Source: an uncultured Verrucomicrobiae bacterium
GTDB lineage: Bacteria; Chlamydiota; Chlamydiia; Chlamydiales; Rhabdochlamydiaceae
NCBI GenBank assembly: GCA_963718565.1
Contig: OY970364.1
Coordinates: 32,001 to 96,000 of the forward strand
Direction: 5' to 3'
DNA length: 64,000 nucleotides
The stretch's first letter is position 1. Every line of letters begins with the position of its first letter. The position numbers and the translations under genes were made by a program. This document shows, in pieces, positions 29,899-40,003 of the stretch. The notes under the pieces were generated by a model that worked only from the letters and a program-made list of their open reading frames with translations, was not told where the DNA came from and searched no databases.

Positions 29899-31032
29899 TC
29901 AAGAAGAACTATCGAGCTCTAGCTTGATGGAGATGAGTTTAAAAAGATCTTGGGCGGTTAAAATTCCGACGAGCCGTCTTCCTTTAACTACGAGCAGAAT
30001 CGGCATTTCTGTTTGATTGAGGAGGTCGAGTGCTTCCAAGGCACTTGTTTCTGGGGAGACTGTTTTAAATTCAGAGCTGGGTACCATCACTTCTTTGACT
30101 AGAGTTTTTTTCCGATTTTCGGGAGGAGTTAACTTGACTTCTCTTAAGCTGACATATCCGAGCAGGGTTTCATGTTCCGTGACCGGATAGAGATGATGAT
30201 AGGAATGGTAAACACAATGATCAACGAATTCTTGAATAGAAATGTCTGGAGAGACGCAGATGGGGTTTTTAGTCATAAATTTTTGAACTTTTTCGCCGTG
30301 GAGCTCCTGGGCGATATAATGCTGGGAGCGCGACATCGCGGCCGCTCTTTGCAGAAACAGACCTAGGATGACAAACCAGACCCCAGCGATGAAATTTCCG
30401 GTAATCAGGGAGAAGATGCCCAGAAAAATTAAAATCATCCCAAACCCCGATCCTATTCGCGATGCAACTCTCGTTGCCCATCCGGAATCTTTTTTGATCC
30501 ACCAGAGAATGGAACGGAAGATACGACCTCCATCTAATGGAAATGCGGGAATCAAATTGAAAATGGCGAGCACGATATTGATCAGAGCTAAATAAGCTGT
30601 GACGGCAATCATGGGAACGGGCCAAAAAGAGTGTTGGCCTAAAACCGTTAAAAGATACAACCCTCCTGCGAGGACGACGCTGACAATAGGACCAGCGATT
30701 GCCATCAGAAATTCAACTTTTGGCGTTTGGGGTTCCTTTTTGATTTCGGCAACCCCTCCGAAAACAAATAGAGTAATTTGTGAAATAGGTAATTTATAGT
30801 ATTTGGCAACCATCGCATGGCCCAGTTCGTGCAGGACAATGCATACGAACAGTCCGAGCATTCCAGAGATCCCCATTATCCAATATGTTCCTAAAGAAAA
30901 GTTGGGATAATAGTAGGGGAAGTAGCCAGCGGCAAGTGACCAGGAGAGCAGGATGGCAATTAAAAACCAGCTGAAATCGATACCGATCTTAATGCCCGCT
31001 ATTGAGAGAAAATTAAATCGCCTGCCGAACAT
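29899..31032 (-). CDS. Site-2 (M50) zinc protease with CBS domains
   Basis: HELGH, AGP, FNLIPAFPLDGGR; C-terminal CBS pair. Confidence 0.92.
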   Translation of the reverse strand: MFGRRFNFLSIAGIKIGIDFSWFLIAILLSWSLAAGYFPYYYPNFSLGTYWIMGISGMLGLFVCIVLHELGHAMVAKYYKLPISQITLFVFGGVAEIKKEPQTPKVEFLMAIAGPIVSVVLAGGLYLLTVLGQHSFWPVPMIAVTAYLALINIVLAIFNLIPAFPLDGGRIFRSILWWIKKDSGWATRVASRIGSGFGMILIFLGIFSLITGNFIAGVWFVILGLFLQRAAAMSRSQHYIAQELHGEKVQKFMTKNPICVSPDISIQEFVDHCVYHSYHHLYPVTEHETLLGYVSLREVKLTPPENRKKTLVKEVMVPSSEFKTVSPETSALEALDLLNQTEMPILLVVKGRRLVGILTAQDLFKLISIKLELDSSS

Positions 31033-31127
31033 GGTCCTCGCATGTGAAAAAGCTATACTGCGCCCAGTCTATTCTTGATGTAGCAGATCTATCAGAGAGA
31101 GTACAGTTTTTTTTGTCCCATTCAAAG

Positions 31128-31212
31128 GAGGGAATTGCAAAAGGGTGTAAATAAAAGTGTTGAGGCTAGGCATTACTTCAATGCCTAGCCTCAACACTAG
31201 TTTTGCAATTCC
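31128..31212. mobile_element. Family A termini enclosing a family D hairpin
   Basis: GAGGGAATTGCAAAA...TTTTGCAATTCC around GGGTGTAAATAAAAGTGTTGAGGCTAGGCATT-ACTTC-AATGCCTAGCCTCAACACT. Confidence 0.8.
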
Positions 31213-31312
31213 ATTAACTTATTCATTATTAGATAGATATGATTTTTATGTACAAAATTACCCCTATATTTTATACGTTTTAAGAACGAAATAACCCTAT
31301 ATTTTCATACAC

Positions 31313-32677
31313 ATGCAACGCTTTTTTAGAAAAATACTTAGTAAATGGAAGAATAGCCCGGTCAGGATTCCCTTAATCGTAAGGGGGGCAAGGCAGGTTG
31401 GGAAAACTTTCATTATAGAAATGTTCGGACGCGAAGAATTTAAGAATTTTGTTTTAATTAACTTTGAGTCCTCCTCTGTCTATAAGCAATGTTTTGAGAC
31501 ATTTGACCCTCCCTCTATCTTGAACCAGCTGGAGATTTTAACCCGCCAGAAAATTACTCCAGGGGAAACATTGCTTTTTCTAGACGAGATTCAACAATGC
31601 CCAAAGGCATTGCAGTCTTTGCGATACTTTAAAGAACAGTTACCAGGCTTGCACCTTATTGCAGCAGGCTCACTTTTAGAATTTATTATTCGAGATGAAG
31701 ATTTTTCATTTCCAGTTGGAAGAGTCCAATTTGCTAAACTTTACCCGTTGTCTTTTGAGGAATTTCTCATTGGCTTGGGAGAATCCCCCTTACAGGAGGC
31801 TCTTGCTTCATTTGGTATAGCAAACCCTCCTCCACCTGCTATTCACGCTCAGCTCCTTAAAAAGGTGAAGGATTATTTTATAGTGGGCGGAATGCCGGCA
31901 AGCGTAATTACTTTTTTAAAAACGCATTCCTATTTAGAAGTAAAATACGCTCAAAAAGCTTTATGGGATACTTATGAAGCTGATTTTGGAAAGTATGCGA
32001 CAAGAACCCAACATCGCTATCTTAAGAAAATATTCGAAGAGGGCCCAAAATTAATAGGTGATCATGTCAAATACAGCAGGATTGATCCAGATCTCCCTAA
32101 TCCCGCACGCTCTATGAAAATCGCATTTGAACTCCTCAAGTTAGCGGGGATTTTGCACCCAATTAATTCGACAACAGCTGAAGGCATTCCTCTGATTGCC
32201 ACGGAGAAGCAACATGTATTTAAGGTTGTTTTTTTAGATATCGGTCTAGTTGAGCAAGTGATGGATATAGATCCTCTAGATTCTGATCTCATGACTGGTG
32301 CCCTTGCAGAACAATTTGTTGGGCAGGAACTATTGGCAACATGCGATCCTTTCTTAGAGGAACGATTATTTTTTTGGACACGAGAAAAAACATCAAGCTC
32401 TGCGGAAGTAGATTATGTGATTGCTTACAAAGGCCACATTTTCCCTGTTGAAGTTAAAGCTGGCAAAACAGGAAAATTACGCTCACTTCGTGTGTTTATG
32501 GAAGAGAAAAGATCTCCATTTGGAATAAAAATTTCACAAGATGCCATGAAATTGGAAAAAAACATCTTTTCACTCCCATTTTACATGATATCACACTTGC
32601 CGCGACTGATTGATGCAACTCTTCAATTGATAAAGGGAGACATTCAGGCCGCCATGGTGAAGAGGCCATTCCGATAG
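31313..32677 (+). CDS. AAA ATPase with DUF4143 and a C-terminal PD-(D/E)xK-like domain
   Basis: GARQVGKT, FLDEIQ, AAGS, GGMP, EVDY...PVEVK. Confidence 0.88.
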   Translation: MQRFFRKILSKWKNSPVRIPLIVRGARQVGKTFIIEMFGREEFKNFVLINFESSSVYKQCFETFDPPSILNQLEILTRQKITPGETLLFLDEIQQCPKALQSLRYFKEQLPGLHLIAAGSLLEFIIRDEDFSFPVGRVQFAKLYPLSFEEFLIGLGESPLQEALASFGIANPPPPAIHAQLLKKVKDYFIVGGMPASVITFLKTHSYLEVKYAQKALWDTYEADFGKYATRTQHRYLKKIFEEGPKLIGDHVKYSRIDPDLPNPARSMKIAFELLKLAGILHPINSTTAEGIPLIATEKQHVFKVVFLDIGLVEQVMDIDPLDSDLMTGALAEQFVGQELLATCDPFLEERLFFWTREKTSSSAEVDYVIAYKGHIFPVEVKAGKTGKLRSLRVFMEEKRSPFGIKISQDAMKLEKNIFSLPFYMISHLPRLIDATLQLIKGDIQAAMVKRPFR

Positions 32678-33736
32678 GACAGGACAGCCCGTAGCTTTGA
32701 CTAAGTGAAAAGAAGAGGTCAGCAGATAGGCCCAAGGTGTTGCAGGGCACCGATGATGCAAAAACTGACCGAAGTCGTGATAGATCTGAGTAGGAGCATG
32801 CATCCGCTTTCCAAAGGGGGGATCAGTAATGACAAGAGTAGGGGAGCGCGGCGCTGTTAATTTAGAGATAGGGCTATGGAGAAGAAGGATCTCCTTCTCA
32901 AAGCCTGTTTTATATAAATGCTCACGGCATAAGATGATGGCTTTGGCATCGCTGTCGGCTCCGATAATGTTTCGGGAAGATGTCGCACGCCTTTTTTGAT
33001 CCCAATGATTCTTAAACTCTTCCCATTCGCCCGCTTTAAAGTGGGGTAGATGGAAAAAGCCCCATTTTTTGCGGAAGTATCCTGCTGGAGTCTGTGTGGC
33101 TATGCTTGCAGCTTCGATCAGGAAGGTCCCGGACCCGCAAAAAGGATCGCAAAGAATTTCACGTTCAGAATAGCCCGCCCGCAATAAGATCGCTGCGGCT
33201 AGTGTTTCTGGAAGGCCGGCATCGACATTGCCTTCTTTCCATCCTCGTTTGTAAAGGGGTGCCCCTGAGGTGTCCACACTGATTGTGGCATGATTTTTTT
33301 GAATGAAAACATGGAGTTGCACATCGGGATTTTTTACATCAACCGATGGGCGGGCGCCTTTTTTTTCACGGACGACATCGCAAATGGCGTCTTTGATGAG
33401 CTGGGCGCCATATAACGAGTGGCGGATTTGCGGATGGTGAATATTGGCATCGATCGCGATTGTTTTTGTTTCATCAAGATAATCCAGCCAAGGGATTTTT
33501 TTAGCTTCATTGTATAATGTTTGCGTGTCCGGACAGGCAAATTGAGCAAGCGGCAATAGAACGCGTGTGGCAAGGCGGCTAAGATAATTGATTGTGTAGA
33601 TGTTTTCGAAGGTATTGGGAGCCCAAACTCCACGAAAGCCTAATTTCAAGTCGACAAGGCCTAAACCATTGAGCTCTTCGATCAATAGTGGCTCGAGATG
33701 GCCAGCGCAGCTGATAAACAAATAAGTTTGTGACAT
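32591..33736 (-). CDS. THUMP-domain RNA methyltransferase (RlmL/RlmKL-like)
   Basis: LYKRGW, LPETLAA, DPFCGSGT, DPPFG. Confidence 0.85.
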   Translation of the reverse strand: MSQTYLFISCAGHLEPLLIEELNGLGLVDLKLGFRGVWAPNTFENIYTINYLSRLATRVLLPLAQFACPDTQTLYNEAKKIPWLDYLDETKTIAIDANIHHPQIRHSLYGAQLIKDAICDVVREKKGARPSVDVKNPDVQLHVFIQKNHATISVDTSGAPLYKRGWKEGNVDAGLPETLAAAILLRAGYSEREILCDPFCGSGTFLIEAASIATQTPAGYFRKKWGFFHLPHFKAGEWEEFKNHWDQKRRATSSRNIIGADSDAKAIILCREHLYKTGFEKEILLLHSPISKLTAPRSPTLVITDPPFGKRMHAPTQIYHDFGQFLHHRCPATPWAYLLTSSFHLVKATGCPVLSEWPLHHGGLNVSLYQLKSCINQSRQV

Positions 33737-33739
33737 AAA

Positions 33740-34834
33740 TTAATGGTGCAAAAATTCGATGACGTCGCCATCTTGGACGACATAGTCTTTGCCTTCAGCG
33801 CGCAATTTTCCCGCCTCACGCGCACCTGCTCGGCCATTGCAAGCAACAAGATCAGCGTAAGAGATAACCTCAGCGCGAATAAAGCCTTTTTGAAGATCGG
33901 TGTGGATTTTACCAGCAGCTTCGGGGGCTTTAGTGCCACGGCGGATCGTCCATGCTCGAGTCTCCATTTCTCCGGTCGTAAGATAAGAGATGAGATCGAG
34001 AATGTCGTAGGCCGCTTTAATCAAGCGGTTAAGGCCTGTTTCTTGAAGCCCTAACGCTTTCAAAAATTCGACAGCTTCTTCGTCGCTAAATGGGGCGACT
34101 TCTTCTTCAAGTTTAGCACAGATGGGGATGACTCGATTGCCTTCAGCTGCGGCATATGCCCGGACTTTTTGCACGAATTCATTTTCCATGGAAGGAATCG
34201 AGCTTTCAGAAACATTGCAAGCATAGAGCACTTTTTTATCGGTCAAAAAGGGGTAGTCTTGAATGAATTCCCTTTCTTCATCGGTGAGAGCCAGCGTTCT
34301 CAAAGGCTTATTTTGATTAAGATGAGCAATCGCTTTTCGCATCGTTTCGACGATGGGAACGAATTCTTTTTTCCCTTTCATCTGTTTTTCAAGGCGGGAC
34401 GTGATGTTTTCAGCCATCTGAAGATCAGCCAAAATGAGCTCTAAGTTAATCACTTCAATGTCCGCGATCGGATCTACCTTGCCAGCGACATGGATCACAT
34501 CCTCATTTTCAAAACAGCGCACGACGTGTACAATCGCATCCGCTTCACGGATGTTGGCAAGAAATTGGTTGCCTAAGCCTTCTCCTTCAGAGGCTCCTTT
34601 GACAAGGCCAGCGATGTCGACAAACGTGATCGTTGCTGGAATAATTTTTTCACTTTCTGAAATTTCGGAAAGGACTAGCAAGCGGGGATCGGGAACATCG
34701 ACGATTCCCACATTGGGATCAATGGTGCAAAAAGGATAATTGGCAGCCTGGGCCGCTTTTTTAGTCAGCGCATTAAAAAGAGTTGATTTTCCGACATTGG
34801 GAAGCCCCACAATGCCACATGAAAGTCCAGCCAT
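33740..34834 (-). CDS. ychF: Redox-regulated ATPase YchF
   Basis: [35 protein letters not shown]. Confidence 0.96.
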   Translation of the reverse strand: MAGLSCGIVGLPNVGKSTLFNALTKKAAQAANYPFCTIDPNVGIVDVPDPRLLVLSEISESEKIIPATITFVDIAGLVKGASEGEGLGNQFLANIREADAIVHVVRCFENEDVIHVAGKVDPIADIEVINLELILADLQMAENITSRLEKQMKGKKEFVPIVETMRKAIAHLNQNKPLRTLALTDEEREFIQDYPFLTDKKVLYACNVSESSIPSMENEFVQKVRAYAAAEGNRVIPICAKLEEEVAPFSDEEAVEFLKALGLQETGLNRLIKAAYDILDLISYLTTGEMETRAWTIRRGTKAPEAAGKIHTDLQKGFIRAEVISYADLVACNGRAGAREAGKLRAEGKDYVVQDGDVIEFLHH

Positions 34835-34938
34835 AGGATTTGATTTTTAGATTGATTTGTCAAAGAGAATAGGCCACGTCGACTCAATTGGCAAGTCAAA
34901 AGCTTGGTTAGAGAGCGTCTTATATCGCAATACTAAAT

Positions 34939-36582
34939 TTATTTTTTGTCAGGGAGGTCTGGCGTGAGGGTTCCTTCGGTAATTGAAATGAGTTCTGGAG
35001 GCATTTTCTCAAGCTCTTTGTTCAAATAATTTTGCATGCACTTGACAATTGTGACTTGTGCTTGGTCAGGAAGTACTCCGTTTTTTGGAAACAGTAAAGG
35101 TGAAGTAAAAAAATTGAAAAAAAGCATTTTCCATACTATTGTGTTGGAATTAGCCTGAGGAAATCTGTCTATAATTCCTAGGTTCATCATTTGAGCTAAC
35201 CCACAGATTTCGGAAGGCATGGAATGTTTGTTTTCTATAATCGTTTTTACGAAAGCTGAAAATAGCCGCCTTCCCCATTCCGATTTGACAGATTCAGGTA
35301 TTTGTTCCTTGTCATTTTTACGCTTTTGTTCAGATTCGGTCTTTAGCTCATTCAGTGTATTTTGCACTTTGTTAGCAATGGTCTTGCAAATCCATTCTTT
35401 GCCAAAGTGTTCTCCCCATCTCTGGATATACTGTTCTTCTTTCGAAACTCCTCGACATAAGGTTGTAATATCCGAAAGGTTATAGAGATAGCTTGCAATC
35501 ATCTCTTGAAGCTTATTCTTGTCTGATGAGGGAGCCACTATCGACATGAGTTCTGGAGGCACTTCTTTAAGTTCCTTCTCCACATAATTCCGCATGCACT
35601 CGACAATTATGGTTTGTTCTTTGGCTGAAATTGCAGCTAATGTTCCGTTTTTTGTAGTCGATAAAGGCGGAATGAAAAAATTGAGGAAAAGTATTTTCCA
35701 TACGATTGTGTCAGAATCGACTTTGGAAAATCTGTCCTTGGCTTCTGAGCTCATCATTTGAGCTAACCGGCAGATTTCGAAAGGCATAGAATGTTTGTTT
35801 TCTACAATAGCTTCCACGACAGATAAAAATAGCCGCTTTCCCCATTCCGATTTGACGGATTCAGGAATTTCTCCCTCATTGTTTTGATAATTATCTTGAA
35901 ATTCGAGCAGTAGGTCGTTGAGTGTATTTTTTATTTTTTTGCTGTTAACAATGGTCTTGTCAATCCATTCTTTGCCAAACTGTTTTTCCTCCGATGGCTC
36001 TAAATGCTTTTCTGGAAGAGCACTCACAGTGTGAAGTTCTCGGCGTCGATCATTTATCAGTACGCCGTCGGATATAACTTTAGGAGCCTTCTGTGACTTT
36101 GTCTCGCCAGGCTCATTTTTTTCAGTTGGCACTTGAGAAAGCAGCTGTGGCTTTATCCCGTTAGTCTCATTTGTTTCAGATTTCAGAGGTTTTTTGCCAT
36201 TTCCCGTATTTTTTTTCACAGGGATTCCATGAGAAATGATCTTTTTCCAAAAAGGTTTTCCTTCTGTTAGAGTCGCTGGAGTTGGAGCCGTCGAATGAGT
36301 TTTGGGCGATTCTCTAATCGCCTTCATTCGTTCACTTGGTTTGGCCTGAGAATTCCATCGCCGCCGTGGATGTGTTGAAGAATCTGATTGTGTCAAAGAT
36401 GCCCTAGAAGATTCCGATGATTCTTTATCGCAAGGCGCTAAAGAATCAATCGTCGAGTTGAAAGACACAGTTTTTTTTGCTGGAAGGTGTTTTGGTAAAT
36501 TGTCTTGAGTCTCACTTCTTTGTTTTTCTTGAGAGGTAAAATGATTATTAACCGATGTAATAGAAGACATACGCCGTTCCAT
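34939..36582 (-). CDS. Hypothetical protein with two tandem RasGAP-like helical repeats; candidate effector
   Basis: Disordered Ser/Thr/Lys-rich N-terminus; FGKEWI...SEWG.RLF...SMP.EIC.LAQ...DRF...IVWK.LF.NFF occurs twice. Confidence 0.6.
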   Translation of the reverse strand: MERRMSSITSVNNHFTSQEKQRSETQDNLPKHLPAKKTVSFNSTIDSLAPCDKESSESSRASLTQSDSSTHPRRRWNSQAKPSERMKAIRESPKTHSTAPTPATLTEGKPFWKKIISHGIPVKKNTGNGKKPLKSETNETNGIKPQLLSQVPTEKNEPGETKSQKAPKVISDGVLINDRRRELHTVSALPEKHLEPSEEKQFGKEWIDKTIVNSKKIKNTLNDLLLEFQDNYQNNEGEIPESVKSEWGKRLFLSVVEAIVENKHSMPFEICRLAQMMSSEAKDRFSKVDSDTIVWKILFLNFFIPPLSTTKNGTLAAISAKEQTIIVECMRNYVEKELKEVPPELMSIVAPSSDKNKLQEMIASYLYNLSDITTLCRGVSKEEQYIQRWGEHFGKEWICKTIANKVQNTLNELKTESEQKRKNDKEQIPESVKSEWGRRLFSAFVKTIIENKHSMPSEICGLAQMMNLGIIDRFPQANSNTIVWKMLFFNFFTSPLLFPKNGVLPDQAQVTIVKCMQNYLNKELEKMPPELISITEGTLTPDLPDKK

Positions 36583-36727
36583 AATTTATGCGAGAGGTTT
36601 GGGGATTTTATAAGTACGTGCGGTTTTTCTTCAATGTTAATGAAATGGGGTAGACTGAGCACAGTATAATTTACTTTCCCGATGAAAATTTTCCTCTAGG
36701 AAAATTCTTCGTCGAGAAATGCTCTCT

Positions 36728-38002
36728 TTACGATGCGCGAGAAAATTCGCGGTCAGGATGGTGAAAAATAATCACTGTAAAGACAGCGACGATCGTAAAG
36801 GCGGCGAGCAATAGAAAAGCTCCCTGATAGTTGCCGGTCAAGTCGATCAGCCAGCCGGTAAATAGCGGGGCGACAATTCCCGCTAAGGAAAGGCAGCTTG
36901 AAGTCACGCCTTGCGAAGAAGCAGACCGTTGTTTTGCAACATCGATATTGATGCTAAAAAAAGCAGGCTGCGGCATGAAGCCGAACCCTAGCCCTAAGCT
37001 TAGGAAAAGCAAAGAAAACCCTAAGGAGTGAGTGAAACCTAACAGGACAAAAAAGATGGCCGCAAGGAGTTGGCTACTCCAGATGAGATGCGAACGGGCT
37101 AAACGGCTGCTTCCTGTTTTTTGGTAAAGCCAATCGGAAAGAATGCCGCCAGCTTTTAAAAAGAGCGCTGCACAAAGCCAAGGGATGGTTAAATACCATC
37201 CGACACTTTTTAAATTGAGACCATGCTGGGACAAAAAATATCCAGGCAACCACAGAGTGGCGAAGAATAGCATGTACCCGAAAGCAAAATAAGCCACATT
37301 GTTGGCAACGAGTGCAGGATGCGTAAGAATAAAACGCCAGTCGACAGGAGTTTTCTCCATTTCCACTTTTTCTGAATAGGAGCTAGCGATCAATTTCCTC
37401 TCCGCCTCGCTGACAAATGAGGATTCTTCCGGACGGTCTCTAAATAGCCAATACCAGACAACACCCCAAACAACTCCCAATGCGCAGATCGAAAAGAACA
37501 TCGTTCTCCAGCCGAAGTCTGCGACGAGATAAGTAGAAATAGGCGCTCCGATCACGGCAGATAAAGGAATGGCGACAAGTCCTAAGGAAAGCGCCCTGGC
37601 CCGTTCAGCCGGCGGGAGCCAATAGCTTATTGTCCTAGACATCGCCGGAAAATGCGGCCCTTCTGTGACTCCAAGAAGAAAGCGCAGGCCGATAAATCCC
37701 CAGAAACCTGCTGCAAAGCCGAGCAAGCCGACACACAACGACCAGCTAATCGCTGCCAAAGGCCAGACCAGACGCGCACCCCATAAGTCCACAAGCCATC
37801 CCCCAAACGCTGTCAATAGCACATATCCTAAGCCAAAAGCCGAAAGGATCATTCCAAATTGCGTATCCGTGAAATGAAATTCCTGTTTTAAAGGATCGAT
37901 GACAAATGAAATTGCCGACCGATCGATGAAATTCACAAGGGTAATAAAAAAGACGAGGCTAGCGATGACCCAGCGATAATGTGTGGTTCGAGTATTTTGC
38001 AT
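36728..38002 (-). CDS. MFS transporter (ACS-like)
   Basis: VNFIDRSAIS, RFLLG..EGPHFP, ERARA; about 12 transmembrane segments. Confidence 0.9.
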   Translation of the reverse strand: MQNTRTTHYRWVIASLVFFITLVNFIDRSAISFVIDPLKQEFHFTDTQFGMILSAFGLGYVLLTAFGGWLVDLWGARLVWPLAAISWSLCVGLLGFAAGFWGFIGLRFLLGVTEGPHFPAMSRTISYWLPPAERARALSLGLVAIPLSAVIGAPISTYLVADFGWRTMFFSICALGVVWGVVWYWLFRDRPEESSFVSEAERKLIASSYSEKVEMEKTPVDWRFILTHPALVANNVAYFAFGYMLFFATLWLPGYFLSQHGLNLKSVGWYLTIPWLCAALFLKAGGILSDWLYQKTGSSRLARSHLIWSSQLLAAIFFVLLGFTHSLGFSLLFLSLGLGFGFMPQPAFFSINIDVAKQRSASSQGVTSSCLSLAGIVAPLFTGWLIDLTGNYQGAFLLLAAFTIVAVFTVIIFHHPDREFSRAS

Positions 38003-38143
38003 GTTGTCTCTTTTAACTTTTGGCGGGAATTGGATGATTTCTGAACCTTTTGCAACCAAGCGATTTACCCTCGTACTTTTAAATTGACAATGTCGAACTT
38101 AACAGATCTTCCTTTTTGTTTCAAACTCAGGTTATTTACACCC

Positions 38144-38920
38144 TTAAAAAATGACTTCGATGTCTTTATCTTGGAAGGAGATTCTTGTCTCAAGAAGGTC
38201 TAAGCGGAGCAGCTGCTGCTTGGGCATCACTTGTGCCCTTGCTGGGCAACATGTGGAATTTATCTTAATTCGAACGGTATAGATGCCTTCGGGTGGAAGG
38301 CAGATTCCTGGAAGGAAGAGACAAAAAAATCCATTTTCTTTTTTCAGGCGTCCCATTAGAGAATAGGGCCTCCCCAAACACTCTTGAACCTCTTGCAAAG
38401 CGCCTTGGACAATTGACGAACGGATTCTTCCAGAGGAGACGGGGACTCCTTGGACTAAGGTTTTAGGAAGATAATCGACCTCGAAAGCAAACGTGGAGGC
38501 AAGTTTACGAACGTTTGGCTCATCGCCTTCTTTATTTTTGCCAAACGTGGCTCCTGTTCCCAATGCGAGATAGGAAAAGTTGAGCTGCTTTTTAAGAGTG
38601 TGCAAAAACTCTCGAAAAGATGTTTTGGCGAATTCGAGGGTGAAGGGAATGAGGCAAACAATATCAGCCCCGCAATCGGCAAGGTGCTTGACTTTTTGCA
38701 GTGGAGGACAGATCAGAAACATGGGCTGATCAGGAGTGAAAAGATGGGTGGGGTGGTTTAAAAAAGTAAGGACTGCAAGGACCCCATTCTTAGGCAATTT
38801 GGATCTTAAATGTTTAAGCAATGCTTGATGTCCGAGATGAACGCCATCAAAACTGCCAATGGTTAAACCGCAGGGCTCAGAGGGCGACGGAAGATCAGCG
38901 AGATGGGTAATTAACAGCAT
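38144..38920 (-). CDS. ribF: FAD synthetase RibF with a degenerate riboflavin kinase domain
   Basis: IGSFDGVHLGHQ, VSSGRIR, LGRPY; lacks GFPTAN. Confidence 0.8.
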   Translation of the reverse strand: MLLITHLADLPSPSEPCGLTIGSFDGVHLGHQALLKHLRSKLPKNGVLAVLTFLNHPTHLFTPDQPMFLICPPLQKVKHLADCGADIVCLIPFTLEFAKTSFREFLHTLKKQLNFSYLALGTGATFGKNKEGDEPNVRKLASTFAFEVDYLPKTLVQGVPVSSGRIRSSIVQGALQEVQECLGRPYSLMGRLKKENGFFCLFLPGICLPPEGIYTVRIKINSTCCPARAQVMPKQQLLRLDLLETRISFQDKDIEVIF

Positions 38921-39599
38921 GATCGGTATCTTTTTTGAGATAATGGACCCAATCATAACCGGACTCTAATAATCGCGCACCATCGCAGCAATCCTCAAGT
39001 GTAAAAGTTCCGCTTTTTGTGCGTGTCAAAGAAGAGAGATGAGCTCCACACCCAAGTTCGATGCCGATATCATAGGCCAACGATCTGAGATAAGTCCCTT
39101 TAGAACATTGAACTTTGAGTGTGAGGTTAGGATAGGAATAATCGATCAGTTCACTATGTAAGTTCACAGCGACTGCCTGGCGCTCGATGACAATTCCTTT
39201 CCGAGCGAGTTCATAGAGCTTTTTTCCTCCGACTTTTTTCGCTGAGAACATCGGGGGTGTTTGCATGATGGTTCCTTGGAATTTGAGCAGGACTTCTTCG
39301 ATTTCGGATAAAGAAGGAATATAGGGGCTTTGTGAGGTGATTTGACCTTCGATGTCATAAGTATCTGTAACAATCCCAAGGTGAACTGTAGCAAGGTATT
39401 CTTTATTTTGATGCAGGAATCGATGACTAAGTCGAGTAAAGTGCTTGCCAATCAATAAGATCATGACGCCGTCTGCGAAGGGATCCAACGTTCCTGCATG
39501 GCCAATCGTTCGAATATGGGTTAATCTTCGAAGAAGGGAAACTAAGCTGAAAGAGGTTTTAAATTTGGGTTTACAGACGGGGAGGACACCTTCAAACAT
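38895..39599 (-). CDS. truB: tRNA pseudouridine(55) synthase
   Basis: GHAGTLDPFADG, PPMFSA, CSKGTY.R. Confidence 0.95.
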   Translation of the reverse strand: MFEGVLPVCKPKFKTSFSLVSLLRRLTHIRTIGHAGTLDPFADGVMILLIGKHFTRLSHRFLHQNKEYLATVHLGIVTDTYDIEGQITSQSPYIPSLSEIEEVLLKFQGTIMQTPPMFSAKKVGGKKLYELARKGIVIERQAVAVNLHSELIDYSYPNLTLKVQCSKGTYLRSLAYDIGIELGCGAHLSSLTRTKSGTFTLEDCCDGARLLESGYDWVHYLKKDTDHAVNYPSR

Positions 39600-39601
39600 G
39601 G

Positions 39602-39985
39602 TTACGGACTGTTTTCAGGAGGGGTTTTGCGCGCATTTTGCTCCTCTTTAATTTGGCCGAGGAGCGAATCAATGCGCATCTGTTGCTCCACAGAATTGTC
39701 AAGCCTAAAGGTGAGGACAGGAAAATAGCGCATCGTCACTTTTTTTGAGGACTGGATGGCGATGAAGCCAGCAGCGGATTGCAATGCGAGGATGGTCTCG
39801 TCTTTTTCTTTGGGTGTACCGATCACACTAATATAGACCTTAGCATGTTGGAGGTCGCTTGTGATTTCCACATTCGTTACGGAAACAAGTGGATTGACGT
39901 GCGGATTGCGCACATCGCGATGAATCACTTCGGAAATGACCTCTTTGAGCAGGGAATTAAGTCTGGCAACGCGATTTTTAACCAT
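39602..39985 (-). CDS. rbfA: Ribosome-binding factor A
   Basis: R..RLNSLL.E, DLQHAKVYIS, P.L.F..D. Confidence 0.93.
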   Translation of the reverse strand: MVKNRVARLNSLLKEVISEVIHRDVRNPHVNPLVSVTNVEITSDLQHAKVYISVIGTPKEKDETILALQSAAGFIAIQSSKKVTMRYFPVLTFRLDNSVEQQMRIDSLLGQIKEEQNARKTPPENSP

Positions 39986-40003
39986 TTAATTTGAATACAC
40001 TCT

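Noticed and set aside
31255..31310. Imperfect direct repeat AAAT.ACCC.TATATTTT upstream of the ATPase
   Set aside because: Only two short AT-rich copies; possibly an operator, but unsupported.
36676..36719. Imperfect hairpin after the MFS gene
   Set aside because: Could be a terminator or a decayed repeat; it cannot be assigned.
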